Shown: piece by piece, positions 48,901-60,955 of the stretch
Layout of the letters: each line of letters starts with the position of its first letter
Numbering within the stretch: the stretch's first letter is position 1
DNA from: Marsupella aquatica
Taxonomy: Eukaryota > Plantae > Marchantiophyta
Assembly (NCBI GenBank): GCA_973895155.1
Contig: OZ316892.1
Span: 6,314,847-6,378,846 of the forward strand
Length of the DNA: 64,000 nt
Direction of reading: 5' to 3'
Translations under genes and position numbers: made by a program
The notes under the pieces: generated by a model
What the model was told of the DNA's origin: nothing
Seen by the model: only the letters and a program-made list of their open reading frames with translations
The model's database searches: none

Positions 48901-50295
48901 GGTTTGCCCAAATAATAAACAACTTAAAACAGCTCCTAAATTTATGACCATTAAAGATGAATCGGGAAAATCTGCTGTCATTTTAGGGAAATGGGGAGGA
49001 AATAAATTCCAAAGAAAAGAGCCTGGAAACATTATAAGAGACTCTATACCCTGGAAATCTGTGGTATGGGTTGAAACAGCCAGCAAACATATGTTTTGGC
49101 TAAGTATAAGTTCAAAACCAGAACAAGTAGAGAAGTGTTTTTTTTTTCTGTGGGGGAGAACTTAAAATGGTGACCGCTAATGGACGAGGAAATAACTTTG
49201 TACCATTCAGAATAGCTAACCAAGTTCCACTAGGATAGAAGTTTGAGATTCGAGGGAGTCAGACATTCCACACTCCCAATGGCAGGAGCCGGGTTCCATG
49301 GCAAACCTGGGTTCTCACTAACCAATTCAAACAAATTCGGATTTCACTGTATATTATAGCACTGTCAATATTAAATTATTCACGCCACCAGGAGACAGTA
49401 AGGGGGGAAATCATTGAAAAAAGAGGGAAAACCAAAAAGCTTATAAGCCCAACTGTTCTAACGGCAAAAAGATTAAAGCTCCGTGCTACAGTATTCCAAT
49501 CCGCCAATGATCTGCTCCGCTCGGTGTCAATATGTGCAAATACAAGAACGTCTGAGTAACCAATGCCTACTGTAGTTACAAGAAGCTCCTGTAGTTACAC
49601 GAAATCATCTGTGCCAAACTCAATAATGTCTACTAGTATACACAGGTACACACCGCAGGAGAACCTACTCGAGCCATACTTACAAGAAATCATTAGTGCC
49701 AAACTCAATGTCAACCAGTGCACACGTCGCACGAGATCTAGATTCAAAATATCAAATAAAGGCAAATCTATCCAGACTTACACGTGAGTTAATTAAATTC
49801 CTTGTGATGGTCCCCTACGGGACACGACAAGATATGTCCTCCATTGGGGGGATTTAGAACATGACCCAAGGCACACTCCCCGAAGCTCGATCCCCTGCAT
49901 CAAGATGTTACGTCCCACCACATACCAGATAAAGCTCTCCGCAAATTTTGGCCTGAAATAATTCTAAAGCGTGAAATTGAGTGTATCAAGTCTTTTGGCA
50001 TACATTGGTCTCTCTAAGTGCACACTCCCAAACATAGTCCCTCTAAGTGCACACTCTTGGATTAGTCTCTCTCGAAGTCCGCGCACTCTGGGGAAGATGC
50101 ACACTCTTGGATTAGTCTCTCTCGAAGTCCACACTCCCCACCATGCCCAGTAGTCCCTCTAAGTGGGGAAGAAGCACACTCATGGAAATGTGTAAGGTTT
50201 AGGTCCCACGCTAGGTGTATGTACCACCGAGTAGTATGGCCATGTGAGAAGATCTACTACAATCATTGGGAGAGGCAGGCAATAAGATCAGACTA

Positions 50296-50792
50296 CAGTG
50301 AACTCTCACTAAGTGCACACTTTATGAGTGTTTACCCTAGATTAGTGCATGCCATCTTGTTCTTCCCAGTTTTTAACACAGGATAAACACTTTTTAAACA
50401 CTTTTTTGAAGCACACACTAGGCTAAAATCATTTTGCTAAACAACAACTTTTTAAGCAGTTACCCTTGATAAGTGTTTGTATGTGCTTATATGTAAACAC
50501 ATAAACTCCTGAAATCTCATTTACTAGTAAATGCATGCCATTCTTAGTAGTAGAGTATAGAATGCACTTAAGGAGTGTGGGCACAGAATTAGGGCAGGAA
50601 TACGAGGTACGAGGCTGACTACTCAGACAGAGGGGTCCATAGCACATACATCTTTAACAAAGGAATCTAAATGAAGCGCACTTATGTATCAGAGTGCTTG
50701 TTAGGGATGTGCATTTTATGGGCATGCAACACCTGGTTTAGTGCACGCCAGATCCGTCTTCCCCAGAGTGTGCACTTATCAAGAGTTCACTG
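50296..50792. mobile_element. Tc1/mariner(pogo)-type MITE
   Basis: TA|CAGTGAACTCT..TAAGTGCACACT ... AGTGTGCACTTA..AGAGTTCACTG|TA: TIRs with a TA target duplication. Confidence 0.82.
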
Positions 50793-50876
50793 TAGGGTGA
50801 GGGTCACTCCCTAGGAAAAGAGCAGGGTGGGGGTGCATGTTCCCATTGCAAACCCTTGCTTCAGTGCTCCTTGACA

Positions 50877-51340
50877 CAGTTGTCTCTCTAAGTGTATACT
50901 CCATTGAAGAAGCATCTGGTGTCACTAAGAAGGGTTTGCACAATGTGGGGGGTTTGCACTATGTGATTAGTGCAAAACCTGTAAATTGCACACTTAATTA
51001 TAAAAGTGTATGATATACATCATTTTGTTATTGTGCAATTATCCTCCGTAAGTGAACAGTCTCATGTTTTTCACCCAAAATTGTACATCCCTGCCTTACA
51101 TGCGAGCCCTACCCTTTAAGTGCAATTTGATGGGTTTATATCTTTACCAATAATTTTTCATGTACATTTATCATGAGATTTTCACTAATTAATTTGTTGA
51201 TTAGCTAAAGTACTTCAGGCCTGTCTTGAACTTACAAAGGTGCAGAAGAAGTGCAAACTTGTTGTAAACAAGGAAGAACGGGAAACCTTGCAATTAGACA
51301 GGGTTCTACTTATAGAGTATGCACTTTAGAGAGACAACTG
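50877..51340. mobile_element. Tc1/mariner(pogo)-type MITE, second family member
   Basis: CAGTTGTCTCTCTAAGTGTATACTC ... GAGTATGCACTTTAGAGAGACAACTG|TA. Confidence 0.78.
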
Positions 51341-53067
51341 TACTCGAATTGGCTCTTGAAAAGCCTCCTCCAAGCATATTAATCAATTAGTGTGGTCTCA
51401 CAAGATTTCTCAAATTGATTGAGCTAGAGTACACCCGCCACCACCGGCGATGTGAGAGGAAAGGCGCCAGAACTCACAACAGCCTCGATTTGAGGCAATT
51501 GTCTGAAATTAAAAAAACAAATGTTTCTTTGGCGATCCGTGGCTTTGTGTCTTTCGGTGTACTTTACTCTCAATGTTCATCAATCATTGCTGTCCTTGGG
51601 AATTCCATGTCGTGGCATACAGTGCTGTACAGCACCCTAGTAAGATCTCAGTAGCAATTAATGCAGGACATTCTATTTCCGTCCTCTTCGGTACTCCTTT
51701 TCGCCCCCTCCCAAAGCCGCGCGTTCAGTATAATTTGTGAAGGTTTTTCTTCTTCGCCGTTGTGGAGGCGAATGTCACCGTGCGTGAGAGCCAGCACAAC
51801 TTTAATAATTGTGATCGATTATCTGACGGTCTCTCTAGATTGAAAATTTAAGGATAACCGTTGATTCTCCTTGTGAAGTCTGTGGTTAGGAGAGAGACTG
51901 GCTAATCTACAACTACAATAAGAAATCCCCTGTCTTTTGGTCCTTCAACCCTAATACAAAAAAGTTATTGGACAAGAAAGATCCACAACCATTGGATTAG
52001 TTTGGATGTTTTTCCTGACCATTGATGATGGAAATGGGCACCCCTGGTGCATATTTGCTTCTCCATGCTGTCCCATAAATGCCCCGGCTGGACTCCATAT
52101 GGGCCGGCCCTCTTGTGCCATACAATGCATGGGCATAGGGCTCGTGAAAGACATAAAATCAGCAATGTCAGCCAAAAGTAACTAAGGACTTTTAAGTAAC
52201 TGGCGGATGCAATGTAATTTTTAGGTTTTTTTCTACCAGTGTGGCTAGTGTCACCTTGTGTGAAGGAAAAGATGCTAGGAATCTCGTCATTGGCTAGATT
52301 TCCTTTGACCCCCATATTTCTCAAGATATAAGGATGACCTCTGGGTTCTGGCTAATGGAGTCTGGTGAGAAACTTGCTCGTGGAAGACACAAACTCACTT
52401 TTAAAGAGATGGAATCTCACTAATTTTTGCCACAAAAATGCTGAGTGGATGCTTTCCAATTGGTTGGAGGAGGGAGTACCCATATTTCTGTCATCATCTA
52501 TGGTATTCCTCTTCTCCCCTTTGGTAGGCCTTGGGTGCAGCCTAACTTTTAAACCACCACTAGCCATGACAAAAACGTGTATTCTTTTCCTGAATTTGTG
52601 GAGCAATATGGAAACGGGAGAGAAAAAGAATGAGAGGAAAGTGAAAAATGGAGAAATCTTGGACATTCCACTCTTTTACACAACTACTGTAGTGGCGGTT
52701 TAAGCTGTTTCTCCACGGGTGTGGCTAATGTCAGCTTGTGTGAAAGAAAAAAATGGAGTAGAAGTTTCCGATCTAGTTTTCCTAGATTACTTCATGATAC
52801 TCAATTTCCCTAGACTTAAAATGACCCTTAGATTCTGTCGATTGGGGTGTGCGGGTGGGTGGGAAACTAATAATAAGACTCTTTAGCAAGGTAGAATCTA
52901 CTGTAGCCAATTTTCGCTCCTCTGGTGCCTCCAAGCGGTCGGCGGCGAGGGTACCCTTACCCCCAGATTATCCCTTCACGGAACCGTGCCCTCACTCGTC
53001 ACTCATTGCCACCCGCCCACGGCCCCACCCTCCCTCTTATTGCAACGCAGCTCACATACTCCAACAC

Positions 53068-53144
53068 CTACAGTACGTACCGCAGTAAAGTTAACTCCTT
53101 CTGTCTGTGGACAGTCTACAGTACGTACCGCAGTAAAGTTAACT
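53068..53144 (+). promoter_or_regulatory. Exact 29-bp direct duplication containing GTACGTAC upstream of metE
   Basis: CTACAGTACGTACCGCAGTAAAGTTAACT occurs at 53068 and 53116. A regulatory role is inferred. Confidence 0.4.
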
Positions 53145-53554
53145 GGGAACGAGCGGCACTGGGTGCGGTCACGAGGCACGAGGTCAGTTGCAAAGTCATC
53201 TCCGCCGCTCACAGTACACACGACCCTGCGAGCACAGAAGAGCCTCCCCATTGAGAGAGCGGCTCGAAGAGCATCCCTCTCCATAGCCACCCTGACCGGC
53301 GAAGGAAGAAGATATTAGCTGCACGGGGGAATGTGCTGTGCTGGGCTTGGTTCAGCGTACATATAGACTAGCAGGAGAATCCGTCGAGCGAGCAAGCTCT
53401 GCATTTGGCCCAAGAAAAGCAGTGCAGGAGTCGTGAGTTGGTTATCATTTCTGTGGAGCTGTTGCTGCTGTCGTCGGAGGTGGTAGCGATTTCAGCTACG
53501 GTCTTGTGTACCGATCGCGGATCTGTTTGCTTCGCGACAGACGTCTGCAACCAG

Positions 53555-55183
53555 GTTTGGATCTCGATCGGAGTCCGGACCGGGCGCTCCATTTCAGCTC
53601 GGTTTCTGGTGTTTGTGTGCAGTGAAGTTGAGAGATGCGTTTTTGTGGGCTGATGACACAATGCTTGATCTAGAATGTAGGGCGTGCCATCTGCTGGAGT
53701 CTAGGGTTTCTTCCAACATAAAAATATCTTTCTTGCTACCTGTCTGCAATATGTGTAGGGCCGTGCGTACTTAGAAATTGGATTGTGAACATTGTCCTTG
53801 ATATAGACACTTTGTCTTGGAAGCTTCAGATGTGGAACTCAGGTCCTGTGTATTTCTCTCGAGATTGTGGTGGACTTGGCCACGTAGAATGAGGACTGTT
53901 TCACTTGAGAGTTGACGATCTAAAAGCCAATGTATAGGTAGGAACTGTCGTCGTCTAGATCCCCCACTATCTCGGTAACATTGCTTTGTTCTTCCCATCT
54001 AACTGCCGAACTGGACTGATCTAGGTTGCCGTCCTTAGTGTTGTTTGCCCGTGTCTCGTGTGCGTATGTTCTTGCCGGAGTCCTTGTTGCCGCACTGCCT
54101 CTTGCTTGTCAAACCGATGGAGGATTCAGATTCGCTGAGGTCCTCACTAGCGGATTCAGCATTTCGTCGCTCGGTGTCTCAGTCTTAAGCATTTTGTTCG
54201 GTGTAATTCTGGCGTTGTTCCCTACGTCCTTCGAGGGATTGATCTGTGCTTGTGACACGGAGTCATTGCTGGAGCTGCATTCCGATCAGGCTTACTTTTT
54301 CGCATGCTCTCGAGGGTCTCATCGTCTCGGCAGTCTTGTGTTTCGTGCTAAGTTTTTTCCCCGTTTGTTGGCCTCGATTATCGAGATCGTCAGCTCCCTA
54401 TGTCTGTGGTTGTAAGGCTTGACTCTCCCTGGAAGCCTTGAGAAGCGTCCATTCTGTTAATATTCTGCGTTTTGTTCCATAATTTCGAGTTTGGTCTCGA
54501 TTGTGGGAGCAGGTTTTGTATGCTTACTCAGCTAGAGTGGTAGCGGGGTTAGATATTCTTTGTGAAGTATTCTATTGATAGGCTGCATTTCTTTTCTTTG
54601 GTGGGCAGCTCCATCGAGGACCACGGCATTGAGTTCCGTGTCTTTGACTCGCATTGCACTGTACCCTAGAGTTCCTCTACAGGTTCCTGTTTACCTTTTT
54701 CGGATCTGCGAGGTGGTCCAGCTCAGCACTGTTTGTTTCCGGCCGCTCCTAGTTTTTCCCTTTTCATGCTGTTAGTCATAGTGTTCGGGTGGTGTTCCGC
54801 GTCACTCGCAGCTTGTTTAGCAAGCGAAGGCTTGCAGATCTTATCGAAAGTCTTCGCTACATATGTGAGACTCAGGAATCTCTGTGGGATTTGTTTAAGA
54901 CAGCATTGATTTGCACCTTGGGGATTGGTTTAAGCATTGGGAGCCTGTACGAAACTTATGTATGTTTGAGAATTGCGATCACTCGGAAATTTTCTACCTC
55001 GCGCGTTTTACAGGAGATCCGTGATGATCCTGGCACACTGACTATTGAAAGTGGTTACTGTGTCCTGTGCAAGTTCTGATTTAGTCAGTTCTGGCTGGTT
55101 CATCGTTTACAACCTGGATCTGACGAGGTTAGTAGTGTTACAGCTAGAATGGGAGCTGACAAGTCGCGTCCTTGTCATTTCAG
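53555..55183 (+). other. Probable 1.6-kb 5'-UTR intron of metE
   Basis: CAG|GTTTGG donor, and a TTTCAG acceptor 9 nt before the ATG. The intervening sequence is T-rich and non-coding. Confidence 0.55.
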
Positions 55184-55192
55184 GTTAGCGGT

Positions 55193-58100
55193 ATGGCTCA
55201 TATCGTGGGATACCCTCGCATTGGGCCTAAGAGGGAGCTAAAGTTTGCCCTCGAATCCTTCTGGGATGGAAAGTCCACCGCTGAAGATCTTGACAAAGTT
55301 GCGAAGGAGTTGAGGGCCTCAATCTGGCAGCAGCAGAAGGATGCCGGTGTGTATTGGATTCCCAGCAACGTTTTCTCATACTATGATCAGGTTCTGGACA
55401 CCATTGCCATGGTTGGGGCTGTTCCAGAGCGCTACAACTTCAAGGGTTCAGTCGTTGAGTTGGATACTTTCTTCTCAATGGCCCGTGGTAACAAGACTAC
55501 CCCCGCCATGGAGATGACAAAGTGGTTTGACACCAACTAGTAAGTTCAATCTCCTCCCATAATGCTGCCAAGATCTCCTTTGACCTAGGGGGAGGGTCTT
55601 CAGCTTCACTTCCGACCGTAATCCAGCTTTGATGCTTTCAGTGTTCTTCGTGTATCTGGTCACTTGCTGACGATGTGTGGCCGCAATGTACTTAAATTGC
55701 TGTGCAGTCATTACATCGTTCCAGAGTTGGAGCCTGGCACCAAATTCACTCTCTCGTCTCGCAAGGCGGTTGATGAGTACAAGGAAGCGAAGGCGGTGAG
55801 TCTCTTGAGTTCCTCCGTTTGCATGTGCACACGTGTCTGGTTTTGTATTCGAAATGTGAAATGTGAAATTTAATGGTATTGATCTGCCATTGTACCTTTG
55901 TGTGTTGCAGCTTGGCATCAGCACCGTTCCAGTGTTGATCGGCCCTGTCACTTTCTTGCTACTGTCCAAGGGAACAAGAAGTGCACCCAAGGGTTTTGAC
56001 CCTCTCACTCTTTTGGATTCTATACTACCCGTTTACAAGTGAGTCAGATTGATCTTCAATTGTTCCTACTGCCCTTATATTTTGTAGTAAGCATGAATTC
56101 CTCGTGAATTGGTTGGGAGTTGAATTTTTGAGTCACATGCATTTTTTGGCCAGTTTGTCAGGCCATGGGGAGTTCTGTTATCCTATTGTCTATGTTTTGA
56201 CTACAAGATTGTGCACTTGCAGGGAAATTTTGGCCGAGTTGAAGGCAGCCGGTGCACATGGTGTCCAATTCGATGAGCCCGCTCTTGTTCTTGATTTGGA
56301 ATCGAGCAAACTCTCTGCGTTTAAGAAAGCTTACGATTTTCTCGGAGCTGACTTTGGCAGTGGTATCCTCATTGAGACATACTTTGCCGACATCCCGACT
56401 GAGGCTTACAAGTGCGTCCAGTCCATTCCCTTTGCTGTGCGATGAGGCTACCCGCGTTTTCCTAAATTTATGAAACTTTATTGGCTCCAGCAAAAGTATG
56501 CACAAAGCTGGCTGTTAAGTATCCTCTCACTGCGTTGTCTTGCAGGACGATCATTGCAATTGAGTCCGTCTCAGCCATTGGTGTCGATCTTGTCCGTGGC
56601 ACTAAAACATTGGAGCTCATCAAGGAGTTCGGTCTCCCTGGCAAGAAGAAACTTGTGGCTGGAGTGGTCGATGGACGCAACATCTGGGCCAACGACTTGG
56701 CTGCTTCTTTGACTCTTCTGGAGGGTTTGGTTTCCGATCTCGGAAAAGGTGTCTATCTTTTACCTTGAATTTTAGTGTTGCAACTCCCCGCATTTGGCTC
56801 GATTGTAGGAGAATTCTCGTGTTTCTCTCTACCAGCATTGCGCACACCAGTAGGATTTTGCTAATCCTTTCCTCACTTGTGCAGACCGAGTGATGGTCTC
56901 CACGTCATGCTCCCTTTTGCACTCTCCCGTGGATCTGAAGAATGAGACTAAGCTCGATGACGAGCTCAAATCGTGGCTTGCATTTGCTGCCCAGAAGGTC
57001 CATGAGGTTGTTGCTTTGGCCAATGCGCTTGGTGGCAAGAAAGACGAGGTGAGGGGCAATCGATACAAGGGCGTGCAGCAATCAACTTGCGGATTGATCG
57101 TCTTGCTTTCAATTTCAGGCGAAAACTTTTGGACCCATTTTAGCGTTTTCTCCTGTATTATGCGCTCTTCGTTCTGCCGTACCTCTCTTATTTAATGTAC
57201 TGCTGGAATCTTGTTTCTCAGGCATTTTTCTCGGCCAACGCAGCAGCGCAAGCTTCGAGGAGGGCTTCTCCCCGAGTTCACGATGAAGCTGTGAAGGCGG
57301 CCGTAAGTTTTCGCCCTTGTGGTACAGCAAGTTCAGATGAAATGCAGTTCCATCCTTTCTGTCCTGTTGCTTATTTACTCTTGAGAATTGAGTTTTTGAT
57401 CTGGATTTCTGGTGTTCTGCAGACTAAGGGTCTGGAAGGATCCGAACACCGCAGAGCTACACCTGTGGTTGCACGTCTTGAGGCTCAGCAGAAGAAGTTG
57501 AACCTTCCCATTTTGCCAACCACCACTATTGGATCGTTTCCTCAAACTCCAGAGTTGCGCAGAGTCCGACGTGAATACAAGAGCAAGAAGTGAGTTTCCA
57601 TTATCTTTTTCCTCTCATGTGAGCAAAACCCTCGTCTATTAAAGTTTTCATACTATACTGAATTCGCTCCGTGCTGAAAAGAAATATTACCCTTTGACAC
57701 ATCAGGATCTCTGAGGAAGAATATATCAAGGCCATTCAGGCAGAGATCGCAAATGTTGTGAAGCTTCAGGAAGATCTTGACCTGGACGTCCTCGTCCACG
57801 GAGAACCTGAGGTTTGTGTGCTTTCTCTTTCCGTGCCGGTTTTATCGAATGCCAACAGAAGCCACGTAAGAGCTGTGACTTAGATTCATGAGATAGAATC
57901 TTTGTCCGAATCTCTGAAGATATTAAAGTAGCAGCGAAGGGCTTTGTGTTATGTAGGGGTGACTCGCATTACGTGCGTCATTGTTATCGGGAAGATAATT
58001 GGAAATATCTGGTCTGATTTCGTTGACGAGGCTTTTTCTTTGTGTGTCAGAATAATTTTTGAAAGCCAGAAGCTCCAATTGTAGTTCTAATCGTAAATTT

Positions 58101-59284
58101 TATCACTCGCAGAGAAACGATATGGTTGAGTACTTTGGTGAGCAGTTGAATGGTTTCGTCTTTTCCGCCAATGGCTGGGTCCAGTCTTACGGATCTCGTT
58201 GTGTCAAGCCGCCCATCATCTTTGGTGATGTTAGCCGCCCCAAGAGCATGACTGTCTTCTGGTCGAAGTATGCCCAAAGTCAGACCACCCGACCGATGAA
58301 AGGCATGCTCACTGGCCCAGTTACGATTTTGAACTGGTCCTTTGTCCGAAACGATCAGCCCAGGTATGACCCTCGTTTCGTCCATGTTAAGCTCTAAATT
58401 GCGGATGCCATATGTGAAAACTTAGTTGAATTCTGTGGTTCAGGGTTCTCTAAGTGTTTAATATCTTTTCTGTTTTTCAGGTCAGTGACTTGCTTGCAGA
58501 TTGCCTTGGCAATCAAGGACGAGGTTGAGGACCTAGAGGCTAACGGCATTACGGTACTTTCCTGCCTTCTCTTCGAAGTTGGATATGGGTGTGCTGTATA
58601 GTTGTTTAAAGGTGGCAGTTCTTTCGATCTTTAATTACCGTTATTACTGTTGCTGTCTAAATTATTTTCTCGTCTTCGCAGGTGATCCAAATCGATGAAG
58701 CTGCACTTAGGGAAGGTCTCCCTCTCCGCAAATCCGAGCAGGCTGCCTACCAAGATTGGGCTGTACACGGCTTCCGTATCACAACATACGGAGTCAAGGA
58801 CACCACCCAGGTACTTTGATCGCCACAGGTTCAGCAGAATAATTACTTGCAGCGTTTGATGCTTTACTCACCCAGGTGAATATCTTTTATCTAACGAGTC
58901 ACGCTTGTCTTGCAGATTCACACCCATATGTGCTACTCCAATTTCAATGACATCATCCACTCTATTATCGATATGGATGCTGATGTGATTACCATTGAGA
59001 ATTCTCGTTCCGATGAGAAGTTGCTCTCTGTCTTCCGTGAGGGAGTGAAGTATGCTGCTGGCATTGGTCCAGGTGTCTACGACATCCACTCTCCCCGTAT
59101 CCCGCCCACTGAGGAGTTGGTTGTTCGGGCACGGAAGATGTTGGCAGTGCTCGAGTCACAGGTTCTGTGGATCAACCCTGACTGCGGTTTGAAGACCAGG
59201 AAGTACGCAGAAGTGAACCCTGCCTTGAAGAATATGGTTGATGCTACCAAACAGTTGAGAGCAGAGCTTGCGGCAGCGAAGTGA
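55193..59284 (+). CDS. metE: Cobalamin-independent methionine synthase (13 coding exons)
   Basis: Exons 55193-55539, 55708-55795, 55911-56038, 56223-56411, 56546-56748, 56885-57048, 57222-57302, 57423-57589, 57706-57811, 58113-58363, 58481-58553, 58682-58810 and 58916-59284. Motifs: [48 protein letters not shown], Zn ligands HTHMCY and NPDCGLKTR. Confidence 0.97.
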
Positions 59285-60614
59285 AGTTGAGGCAGTTCCT
59301 TCTAAGAATTTAGCATGCGTCCTTTTATGATATCTAAAGAGCACATCACTTCAGTGTAGGTTACATAGTTGGCATAGGATATTCTACACCTGGTGGTTAA
59401 GGGAAGTTGTGGGAGGCCACACAGAATCACCAAGTAGTTTTTGTAACCATCGCTTTCCATTAAGTATTGCGCTCGAGGAGCCTGAATTGATTCTTTTCAG
59501 AAGCCCTACATTATTTTTTAGAAAGAACACTTTCTCGAGTATGCTACCATCCTCGTAAAGGAGTTGGGGATACCAGGGCATGTAATTAAATTGAACACTC
59601 AGAAGGTTTCTTATCAGAAAATGTCCTCAACATTTGAGGCAGCTACGCCCAAAAATGTTTAGTCTAATGCTGTCGTATTGTTGCTGTTGTACTTTTCTGT
59701 CCCCATTGCTGATCTTTATAGTCTACTATATTGTTGGTGTCCCATTTGCTTATTTCCCTGGAGGTGTGATATTAAGCTGTTTGTATGGTTTGTTTGTATG
59801 GTTTCTGTTGACACTGGAAGCTTATCTTCTTTAGCTTGGGAATTTTGTTGTTCTCCGGTTTTGCTAATAATGTTCCACTCTCGACGGAGCAATCAAGGAC
59901 CTTCTATCTTGACGAAGACAGCGGGAGTGTGAGGGAAATTCTCCCATTTGTAGTAAGATGGATTTATTCTTGTTTGAATAATCAAGGAACCTGCACCATA
60001 TGACCAAGACAGTCGATGGTGCCTGAGTTCTCACTTTAGTGCAGACGCTAATGAAATCAAATCTTTGTGACTTGTGCCCAAAAGATTCTTCACCACAATA
60101 AGATGAAATCCTTGTGACTTGTGATCAAAAGGTCTACTGTAGAATTCAATTTAATTCTCCACCATATGCTTCCCCTCAAGTTTATCTCCAAGGAGAATTT
60201 CAACTGTGGGTTTTGCTGTCAACCCCCAATATGCAGGCACTTTCTAGTGGTATTGGAGGCTTCCCCCTTTAAGAAAATCAAGGCTCCTCCACTCGCTCAT
60301 TGAACCATGAATTATAATTATAGTTTTGGAAAAAGAGGGGGGAGAACCAGTGAATCTAAAGTCTGCTGGAGGACAACAACCTCCTCAAACAGGTAATCTG
60401 GCACATTGACTCTTCATTTTGAATGACTAGTGCCCAAAAGTCCATACAAAATCCACCATCTCAAAGTTGTAGGGTGCATCCATGCTCCTCATCTTGCATT
60501 TGGTTGGGAAGCCCTTTTGCACTCAGCTGCACACACTCCCAACCTTTGGTCCAACCCGCCTCCTCATCACAATGATGACTTGGGGCCCACCAGCCTTTGT
60601 AGCCCTCCCCCACT

Positions 60615-60955
60615 TGTTAGGCATTTTCTCAAGGTCTAAGGTTACGATATGTAACCATAGTTAGGCTAACCGTAGTAAAAAATGTGATTAGGTTAACTAG
60701 GATGCACACTATATGTCAAGCGGTGTTTACTTGGATAAGTGGAATTGAGGCTCATTGTTACAGAGCCAGTTGAGAGATAGGGAGAGCTTGTGTTGTGGAA
60801 GTTTGGAATGACCGGTCGACCTAGAGTGCAATAAAGCTATTGTGTGTTCCTGTGGACGTTCACGAGAGAGGTGAACCACATATCTCTCTGTGTCGACTAC
60901 TTGATCGTTGGATGTGTCATGTGCTTATTGTTGCTCTTGTCGTCTATGCTCAACA
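60615..60955 (+). mobile_element. Solo LTR, copy 3
   Basis: TGTTAGG...GCTCAACA termini; flanks CCACT/CCATT (4/5 TSD); core homologous to 3036-3380. Confidence 0.78.

Noticed and set aside
53300-55192. Riboswitch (B12/SAM/TPP) or transit-peptide exon in the metE leader
   Set aside because: No recognisable aptamer consensus. The upstream exon is open in frame but has no ATG and is not transit-peptide-like.
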